From NCBI GenBank assembly GCA_010356995.1, contig ML996687.1, positions 311,803-375,802 of the forward strand: a stretch of DNA of 64,000 nt, in the 5' to 3' direction. A program made the position numbers and the translations under genes. This DNA comes from Trichodelitschia bisporula. Lineage: Eukaryota. Positions 51,991 to 61,344 of the stretch are shown piece after piece. The notes under the pieces are model-generated. The model had not been told where the DNA came from and ran no database searches. It worked only from the letters and a program-made list of their open reading frames with translations. How positions within the stretch are numbered: the stretch's first letter is position 1; each line of letters begins with the position of its first letter.

Positions 51991-52335
51991 GGACGAATTG
52001 ACATTTTGCTCGGTTCTGTTTAATCGTTCGGTACATACTTCAACTGTAATTGACCAATTTTCGGTCACGCACATGGTTCCCCGCAGTTCAAAGCTGGTAA
52101 CAACTGCCTAGGCAACCGTTGAACATGGGCCATTCTTGGCCGCATGAGCGTCGTTCAGCTCTTGGGGGACTCCTGCACGCCCTAAGGTGTACATATGTAC
52201 ACGTAACCGGTGAAGCACGACGAACCGTCAGGACCCATCCAGTCATGAATAATGAGTCACCAGTGATCTGGTGAGTGAACCGGCAATTATATATCCCCTC
52301 TGATATCTGTCAGGTTAAACTTCATACTATAATCA

Positions 52336-54257
52336 TGATTGCAACACAATTACCAAGCTCGAATGCCATCGCGGCAACGAAAATGGCATTATCAACCACG
52401 GTGGACTTGGGCACTTTCGATGACGTCGCAAACGGCATGGCCACCAGCCTGAGAGCTGCCGTTGAGCAGCTCAAAGGCATGCCAGACATCAGCCCGGACG
52501 ACATCGAGGATGAAGTTCTTCTCGCCCTTCCGCTTGACGAAGTCCGCGTCGACGACTCCCTGTACAACGTTCCTAGCCGGCGATCAAAACGGCAGCCTCT
52601 TGTGCAAACTGTCGCAAACATCTTGTACCCGACACCCGGCCACTCAAACTACCCAGTCATTCATTATGAAAAGGATCGGTGCCGAGTCAAGCGATGGATT
52701 CGATTACAGCGGAAATACGACATCCTCCAATCCCGGAAAGGCAACATGGCCAAAAGGTGGGCGGAGCGGATAAAAAAGCAGGGCCCGTGGAATCCGGACA
52801 CGCATCCCGTCTCGCTGCAAGGTGCTTTCGCCCTGCCTATGCCGGTCAAGATCAGTGATCCCGAGTCGCTTGCTCCCTTCTTCGACCATCTCCGACAGGA
52901 TGGCACACACGAGCCGAGCTCTGCTGCGCCAGGGGCTCCGGCTGTGTTGATACCCGAGCCATACTATGAGACGCCGGCTCTCGAGTTCCCAAAAGGCGTC
53001 ATCTATGAGGATGGCCGCATGGACTTGTGTAAAATGGTACTCGGTCCACCCAACATCGGGGCCTTGATGGAGTCTCTACGGTCAAACACTTTCGTCAAGC
53101 ACTTCCTTCTCGGTAATAACATCATCGGTCCAACTGGCGCGCGTCACATAGCCGACTTCCTGCATGACAACCCAAACCGCATCCAGACTTGGTACTTGGC
53201 CGGCAACTGTATTGATACCGAGTCATTCAATCTCCTTGTCGATGCCCTTGTTGGGTCTCCAGTCGTCACCAACATTTGGCTGAAGCGCAATCCACTCGGG
53301 CCAGGTTCAGCGAATGACCTATTCCGAATCATCACGCAAGTTCCTCATCTCCGTACCCTTGACTTGGACCAGACCGAACTGGGCGACGTGGGAGTTGACG
53401 CCCTTTTCTCAAAACTCGCCGAATACGATGCGGATCTTCCGCTCGAGAACATCTACCTCAATGGCTGCGGCATCGGTCTCAACGGCGCAAGCGCAATTTC
53501 CCGGTACCTTGCATCCGAGTACTGCAATCTGAAGTCGCTCTACATGTCCAACAACCCCGTTGGCTCTCCTGGCGGCGCCGCTCTCGCTCGTGGCCTTTTG
53601 AAAAACACGTTGCTCGAGCGTCTGTCGTTGTCATCCACAGGCCTCACGGATGATGGCATGGTCGAGATTGTGACGTCATTGACTTGCAGCAAGACACTGC
53701 GGGTTCTCGACGTCGGACAGTCGTTTGCGACCGAGGATCTTGGGCAGGCCTACAACTGGCTGACAGACACTTATGCACCCGCTCTCGCAGCCATGATTAC
53801 CCACACACCAAACCTGGAGTATCTGAAAATTGGGCTGTGTGCAATGACAGATGTCGGCCTTGCCATCATGTATGAAGCTGCCGCTAAGGCCCCCCGACTG
53901 AAGTACCTCTCGGCACAGTCGGTGCACGCCCAGGGTCGCGATGTGGAGGCAGTATGGGCGGCCCAGGAGCGGGTACGGCTAGAGAAGATGATGCGGGAGC
54001 AGCAGCAGGCGAATGTCAAAGCTGAGCATGACGGGATGAGCTACGAGGAATGGTATGGAGGGTTGCGACGCTGGGTCGTGAGCGACGAGCGCGATGTGCG
54101 CATGATCGACAGCGTGTATCGAACTCGCGACATGGGTATGGCGAGGCGCGGGGAGAAAGTCCTGGACAAGTGGTGGGATGAGGGCGATGAGACGCTGAAA
54201 AGCGTCATGGCTGTGGCCGTCGGGCCGGTTAGCACTCGACGGCGGACTGGCCACTGA
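52336..54257 (+). CDS. Intronless RNI-like leucine-rich repeat protein; start uncertain (52336 or 52383)
   Basis: About 28-aa spaced LxLxxNxxG repeats: HFLLGNNIIG, TWYLAGNCID, NIWLKRNPLG, TLDLDQTELG, NIYLNGCGIG, SLYMSNNPVG, RLSLSSTGLT. They are capped by FPKGVIYEDGRMDLCK and DVRMIDSVYRTRD. Confidence 0.85.
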
Positions 54258-55277
54258 TTAGCAAAGGCTGGCTCTTGATGCTTAGTGCGAGATTGAAACT
54301 CTAACGGTATTCTTTAGTCCATCAATTGGATCTCTCTTTCATCTTTGACTTGATTCTCATGCAACGAACTGCCAGCGAGAGGGTGTGATATGATGGAGGG
54401 CTCGCATTTCAGATATTATCGATATCTCGCAGTCATGACACGTGAGGTCATAGATCGCAGCTTCCATGGTGAGTGACTCAATCCAAGCATTCCCATCAAG
54501 ACCTTGTTGGCATCACCACCAAAGAGGCGGTCCACTGCTGCAGCTGAGCGAAATATCGTTGTAGGGAAGAATCATTGATGGCGTGTCTACCTGGGAGTCA
54601 TAAGTGGGAGCTCGTCGCTCGGAGTTTACTGGCCCCCGGTGGGGCGAGGTTGGGCTGGCCAACGTCATATGAGTACCACAGTTCCACCTTCCGCCCGCCA
54701 ATGTATGGAATCTCCCTAATTAAAACTTGTATACTTTTCTAACGCTAGAAAAGTTGCTTTCTTGACCTGCAGCTCAACACACGGAGTCGAATGTATCATC
54801 GCCCCTTACCGACTTGTACGAAGACGGATTACCCTTCTCCGAAACTGTCTCCGCGATGTGATCTCAAAGTTTTCCAGCCAACTTTCCGGTACAAGTGCAT
54901 CCTGTAAAACTGAGATGAAGCAAGAAAGTTCCGTGTGTGAGCAGGAAGGTCACGCCTGAGAGGCTCTGAACGTTCACGTAACATTCTCGAATGTTATAAC
55001 GGGGCGCCATTACGGAGCCAGGCAATTTGATACATGTTAACGGGCAAGTCAGCCTTGACAGTCTGGGCCCCTAAGCGGACAGCGGGGCTCTCTCCCCCCC
55101 AAACCCTCCGGAGGGGCCGGGAAGCATGGAGTCACCACGATACAGTCCCGTCGTCTCTTGGCGAAACAGACGACGTAAAGACATCAACACAGCCGATATC
55201 GTGACTCGCCGCCAGAGCAGGCGGCTTCCGCTCTAGCCACACTCCTGTCTTGGGGGCAGAGGGCTGCCCTTCCGACT

Positions 55278-58016
55278 ATGGCCAACAATTATGGCAACAC
55301 GGCACGGGACCGGGCCCATGCCACCCTCGAACCATTGTCGGTGACCACAAGTCTCGTATCTCTTCTTAATGTCTGCCTTGGCGTCTGTTTAGAACTGAGA
55401 AAGCTGCGATATCAAGCTCCGGAAGGGCGCGCACCGCTGACAGCTATGCTTACTGACGTCAAAGCGCTGCGGTCAATTCTGGTTTCGATGGAGGATGCGT
55501 TCGAGGAAGTTGACACCGGACCACCGGTCAGTGGGAAACTCGCTGCTTTATGGAAGAACCTCCTGCTAGCGGTTCATGATGGGGGTGATGGATTGATGAG
55601 CCTCGGAAAGCTTGTGAAAAAGGTGAACCAGGACATCTCCATGGATCCTAACCGGAGGTCGATGGGTCTTCAAGCGGTAACGGAGCACATCTCACTCCAA
55701 CGACAGGAGGTGCAGGCGTATAGAGACGCCATGCAGCTCGTATTACACACAGTCGGCTTGTAGGTTACCATTCGCGTTGCTGTTAACACTTATCGCTTCG
55801 GTACTGACAGATGTTAGTTATGGTCTCGTGACAACCCAGGAGAACTCGATAAAGGCACGGGAAACCCCGGATGCATTGAGGCAAAGTGTAAGCCGCCTAG
55901 CAACGAACCTGGATGTACGACTGCTCTCCCTGGAGGCCCATATCCGAAAGGACAAGCAGCACAGCGACATGGCCAGGATCGGTCGTCTCAAAGATCTTGT
56001 CCGTTTCGCAGCCACGGTGATATCTGCTGCCTCTGCCATTCTCAACCAGCGAGAGCGATCCAACAATATCGATTCCATTGAGACGGCACCTTACTCCTTG
56101 GAGATCGATGCCTGGGGTCGAGCCGAATCCGGCAATATATCCCTCCCGAGTCCTTCCCCGGCTGGCCCTGAGCAAGAAATCGAGTCCGCGGACGACAGTC
56201 CCAAGGCCCTGCCTGTTTTCCCGTCCATGCCGGTCCGGTTTCCGGGGTCTTCTTCTGCCCGGAATCAGCCACCGCGTCGCCAGCCATCCATCAACCAGTT
56301 ATCTGCCCCGCAGTCTGTGAATGCGCAGCCGTCGCGCGGCACATCATCGCGCGGCACATCATCGCGTGGTCATCCTTCTCGCGAACAGGCACAAGCTTTT
56401 GACGAACAGGACTCAGACCTATTCCGCGAACAGGCTTCGGACCTATTCCGGGAGCAGCCGACCCACACGTCTCGCCAACAACTTCCCCTAATATCTCGTG
56501 ACCAGGCCCCTCAGATCTCTCGTGAGCAGCTTTCCCGCACGGCACTAGGAGCATCGCCAGACTTTTCGCTCTCCTTTACTCGCGCAACAGAACGCCAAAA
56601 GCCAGGTCCGGAGCTGCGCCGTCAACCTTCGGATACTCGACGGCAGCCACCGGATCTGAGGCATCAACCATCGGATTTGAGGCGCCAACCATCGGATCTG
56701 AGGCGCCAACCATCAGATTCGAGACATCAGCTATCGGAACTGAAGCGTCAGCCATCGGAACTGAAGCGTCAGCCATCAGAACTGAAGCGTCAACCATCCC
56801 AACTGAGACGTCAAGCACCAGAGCTGCGTCATCAGCGTTCGGACCTGCAGATCCAACCAAAGGACCCTCGGAGTCAATCTTCGCGGTTGCAGAGCAAGGT
56901 CCAAATTCCCGTACCACCGGAGCAATGGCAGACGACTCCTGACATACGTAAAAAGCCTCGCGCCGCGACAAACCCCCTCCCCTCAGCAGAAAATATCCGC
57001 TCTGCAGAGCCAAAGAGACTGGAAGGTACCATAACCCCTACGGCGCATCGAAATAATACGCCGTTGCCTGTGACCAAAGTGCCGATATTGCACCACAAAA
57101 AGTCGCTGTCGTTTCCGACGCTATGGGGAGGAAGGTCCAAAGAGAGTGTCGGAAGCAGCAATAAGGATGCCGCGAGCAGCACATCGAACAGCATCCAGGG
57201 GTACGGAACAGCGATGGTTCGGCTGAAGTTTGTTTTTGTCGGAAATGGGGGCAGTGGAAAGACTTGCTTTCTCATGTGAGGATACCGAGTCCATCTTTGA
57301 GACAGGAACTGACTGCGGCAGACGGGCATCCAAAGGCACGATGCCGGAGGTATGTGGCTTGTGGTGAGAGACATCTCCGCTGACGAAGGTAGATTTATGC
57401 ACCAACAATATTCGAGAACTACATCACCAACTTCGAGGTCGATGGAAAGCGCGTCGAAACAGAGCTGTGGGACACGGCCGGGCAGGAAGACTGGGACCGG
57501 GTCCGGCCGTTGTCCTATCCCGACACAGACGCCTTCTTCATTTGCTTTGGGATTGATGACCCGTACAGTCTTGAGAATGTGCTGGATAAAGTGTGTACTC
57601 GATGCTTGTACCTGCTAATCGCCGCTAACTGCTCAGTGGAACCCCGAAGTTCTTCAGTTTGGCCTCAATAAGCCGATCTTCCTGCTCGGTCTAAAGAGTG
57701 ACCTTCGCTTTGACGCGGGAACCATGAGCAAGCTCCTCAAGTACCGGCAGCATCCAGTGTCACGCGCTGAGGTGTGTTGCCCATATTGCTTAGCGGGGCA
57801 GGCGCTGACATGCACCAGGCTGAAGAGGTTGCGGGAAAGATCCGGGCGGTCCGGTATATGGAATGCTCTGCAAAGTCAGGCGAAGGAATCACGGAGATCT
57901 TTGCTGCAGCGGTGCGTGTCGCACTTGAGCAAGGTGCGCAGCCAAGGAAGTCGTCGAAGACCCAGAAGAAGGGCTTGAGGGCGCGGCTGTTCAAGTCTGT
58001 GGACGAACCGTTGTAG
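55278..58016 (+). CDS. Fusion protein: HeLo-like/fungal STAND-type N-terminal helical domain, repeat-rich linker and Rho-family GTPase; introns 55760..55817, 57276..57321, 57350..57392, 57591..57636, 57772..57818
   Basis: N-terminus [24 protein letters not shown]...[15 protein letters not shown]. The spliced GTPase reads [64 protein letters not shown]. All five introns are GT-AG with branch sites and keep the frame. Confidence 0.85.
56611..56865 (+). repeat. Coding 21-bp minisatellite, about 11-12 units of L(R/K)RQPS(D/E)
   Basis: [77 protein letters not shown]. Confidence 0.92.
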
Positions 58017-59868
58017 TAAGACGAGTGGGTAAGACTTATAGCTGAAGGTAATAACGGGCAAGGTTTAAGTAGATGTTTCTTGGTTCCTTGGAGGAGGCTG
58101 TTAGTGAGGGCCACGTTTCGATGGAGTAGATGGTTACTGAGGAATTGAACGCACATGGATATGGAGCTGGCTGAAACCGGGCAAGTGTCTCCACTCGCGG
58201 AATAACCTCCTCTTGCTAGACGCGCGCGTGAGCGGCGATCTTGTGTCTTCGGTCGTAAGGCAGTTACGCCTTACCGTCGTTGTTCCGCCCACATGACACC
58301 GCGCAGCGGCAGCTGGGGGTTTGCATCGGGAACTCGGCTCCTCAAACGCGGTCTCCGGCCCCCGCATGCCAGGAAACCGGCGCGGCAACGCAGATCGACA
58401 GGTAGGGCTTCGAGTCTGTCTTGCCCTATGACTTACATACAGTAGTTCTAGCCCGGAATGCGTGGCAGGCCACAGGCGGGAGAATTGGCGATACACACGT
58501 CAGCCCGGAGTCAGCGCGCCTACCAGACGCGACGAGAGGAGACCGCAAGGGTGTTTGGTCGGGATACTCTATTCGCGAGAAGTAAGAGATGCAAAGAGTC
58601 GGAGACGATTACATACAACTACGAATAACGACGTCGTACCGCCCCCTGCCCCGCCCCCCGCCACTTGTTTCCGATCGCAGATCTCGGCTATATGCGCTCG
58701 GATATCACGCTTTGCCGTTTGGAGTAGCTCTGGCGACGTGTGAGCGGCCCACGCCCGGCGCCTTTCAACCTGCAGCCTCCCCCGCAGCTCCCGCTGCAAG
58801 CTGCCCGGCTCGGCTAGCCTGGCCCTGCACAGAATGCTGCACGACTGCACGACAGCTTAACCCCGCATTGCGCCCTTACGCCGTTGAGGACCCCACATCC
58901 CGTTGCCTGCAGCACGCAAGGCGATGCCAGCGCCGCTGAGGTCGAGAGCGGCGATTGGCTAAGCTGCCTGCGTGGTTATCGGCCCAGTCTGGGGTCCGGC
59001 TGGGGCTGGGACTTGATGGTGATGCCGGATGCTGCGACGGGCGGAGAGGATGGGAGGTAGCGGTTGGAGGACTTTTACCGCTGACTCTTGGATGCTGTCG
59101 AGCCAAGTGGGTAATGTTGTGAACGTGAACTTCGTGGAATTTGAGGGTATCGTATTCCGTTGCGGAGAGCAGACGCAGTGAGGGTATCAGAGTCAAGTGC
59201 GATGACCACGAATCTGGCACAACTGCCATCTAACTTGGATTATCATCGGCGGGCACGTCAAGCGGCTGTCCGCAAGAACGAAGCAAATTTGCCCTAAGTA
59301 GTCTCTCGACAGTCCGTTGGTCAGCTTGAGTAATCTTCCTCCATCAAACATCCCCTCAGCATCAGCACTCTGTGATGGCCTTCACGGTCGTGCAATTCCC
59401 ATTGTCCCATCCTAAGTCCATCTGCCCATTACCTGCTTTGAAAGCGGTACACTCTCGCATCCGCACCGGCGGACGCCGCCCATTGCACCGCCTTATTACT
59501 TCCAACAGCCGTTAACAGCATTAGGCCGCCGACATTTTCATTCGTAAAAGGTCGTCGGAAAGCCCCATCCCCAAAGAGAATTCATAGCAGCCGAATGATT
59601 GGCGACTCCATCGCTTCTCATCCTCCCATTCCAGTTCCCATTTTTCTGTGCTCCCGGTCGGCCGTCATGGGTGTCGTTGTCGTGCCCATAAGAAAAAGAA
59701 TGATCCGCCGCCAATATATCCCGAGAGGAACCTCTAAAAGACATGGCCAGGAAAGAAGTCAAATCGAACACCGACCCCCATTGCACCGATCCCTTTCTCG
59801 TACAAACCCATAGATGACCAGTGTGACGAACCCTAAAATCAGATCCTCCTCCCACCCATAGAACGAGT

Positions 59869-61344
59869 TCACATTCCACCCAACCTCGCTTTGATTTGCG
59901 CATTTCTGGATATCAACTTTTCCAAAAACGTTGCCGCCTCCATCAGCATATTGCTTTTGCTCAGCCCGCCAGCGCGCAACTCAGGAACCAGGATTCCTAG
60001 GTCCTCGAACCCCTGCTTTATCTGGTTCCGGCGCTTTTGCTCCGACAGGATGTGATTATTGCGTTTCTGCTCCTCGGTCAGGTTTTCGCGGTGAGCCTTC
60101 CCCTTGGCTGCCCTCGCTGCCGCGCTGCTATCGGCTCCGCTCTGCGACCCGCCAGCGCCATCTGCAACCTGTCCTGGAGCAGAGGCACGGCGCCGCTTCG
60201 CGCTGTTCGCACCTTCGCCGTTCGTGGTTCCAGGGCTAACTCGGCGGCCTGTACCCTTCTTCTTGCCTTTCTCCTCAAAGGCTCCGCGCTTGTTTGCCCG
60301 CTCCTCGGTGCCATCATCCTCCCTGGCACGCTTCCGTGGACTCATTTCCTGAAGGCTCGCGCGCCGCCTTTCACCAACAGGACTGACAGCGCGAGAAGTC
60401 CCAGGCGACTCTATGCGTTCAAGGATGTGCAGATTTTGCAGGAGGCGCGATTCAATGACTTCAGGGCGCTCAGTATCCGACATAGGCGTGAAACCTGTGC
60501 CATTGAAGTGGCTGTCCGAGCCGAAGCGGTAGAGGCGATCGACGGAGCCAGATTCATCGGCGGGGCGGGTTGGTGCGGCTGGTGCAGAAAATGGGTAGGA
60601 GAGATTATGAGCGGAGGCCTGGACGGCCGTGTTGAGTGGAGGAGGCATGACATGATTAGGCGGAGATGTGGTTAGCGGATATCTTGCGGCTGACGCAGCT
60701 GACGGAGTGTACTGCGGAGGTGGAGACGATGAGGAGGATATAAAAGTAGCCGCGGAAAGCGCGTTCGAGGGAGCGGGGGCAGAAACGGCGCTTTGTAAGG
60801 GTGCATGAGAGGTCGGTTGCCCTACGGCTGTTGCGAGCACGTTGGCGGCGTTCAAAAGGGCATAGGACTGCTGAGGCAGATGATCGGGAAAGGTGTGATA
60901 GCCAGTCCCTTGCTGTTGTTGATATTGTTGTGGGTAAGGGTTTTGGTAGGCGGGCATTTGGGGTGTCGCAGAAGCTTGAATGAGGGTGGGCGGGGCTTCC
61001 TCGATCAGGAAAGCCAGGCTGTCCCCGCCATCCAGGTTCTCTCCAGTCTGGCTAGTACTATGGCCTTGCACCTGAGTAAATCCTGAGCCTCCCAGTGAAA
61101 ACTGCATCTGTTGGCTAAAGAAATTGCCTAAGAATAAGTCTTCGGGACTGTTGAGTAGAGGCTGATGATCGGAGGCGCCGGGAGGCTCGGAAATACCCTC
61201 CTCGGTGGGAAAGGTGTCTACAAAGAAGGGATAGTCAGTAAATGCGCTCGCAGAAAGAATAGCGATATTGTGGTAAGCTATTAGTGACGACTCACATCCG
61301 AATGGACCTGCCAGAGTGGCCATCGAGGGCGCTTCAGACGACAT
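59869..61344 (-). CDS. bHLH transcription factor (possibly Ino2/Ino4-related); probable in-frame intron 61218..61295
   Basis: C-terminal bHLH RENLTEEQKRNNHILSEQKRRNQIKQGFEDLGILVPELRAGGLSKSNMLMEAATFLEKL, plus a YRFGSDSHF motif. Confidence 0.9.
   Translation of the reverse strand: MSSEAPSMATLAGPFGCESSLIAYHNIAILSASAFTDYPFFVDTFPTEEGISEPPGASDHQPLLNSPEDLFLGNFFSQQMQFSLGGSGFTQVQGHSTSQTGENLDGGDSLAFLIEEAPPTLIQASATPQMPAYQNPYPQQYQQQQGTGYHTFPDHLPQQSYALLNAANVLATAVGQPTSHAPLQSAVSAPAPSNALSAATFISSSSSPPPQYTPSAASAARYPLTTSPPNHVMPPPLNTAVQASAHNLSYPFSAPAAPTRPADESGSVDRLYRFGSDSHFNGTGFTPMSDTERPEVIESRLLQNLHILERIESPGTSRAVSPVGERRRASLQEMSPRKRAREDDGTEERANKRGAFEEKGKKKGTGRRVSPGTTNGEGANSAKRRRASAPGQVADGAGGSQSGADSSAAARAAKGKAHRENLTEEQKRNNHILSEQKRRNQIKQGFEDLGILVPELRAGGLSKSNMLMEAATFLEKLISRNAQIKARLGGM

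Noticed and set aside
56611..56865. Amyloid signalling motif or CRISPR-like array
   Set aside because: The units are contiguous coding 21-mers with no unique spacers. They are Pro- and charge-rich, unlike HET-s, sigma or PP amyloid motifs.
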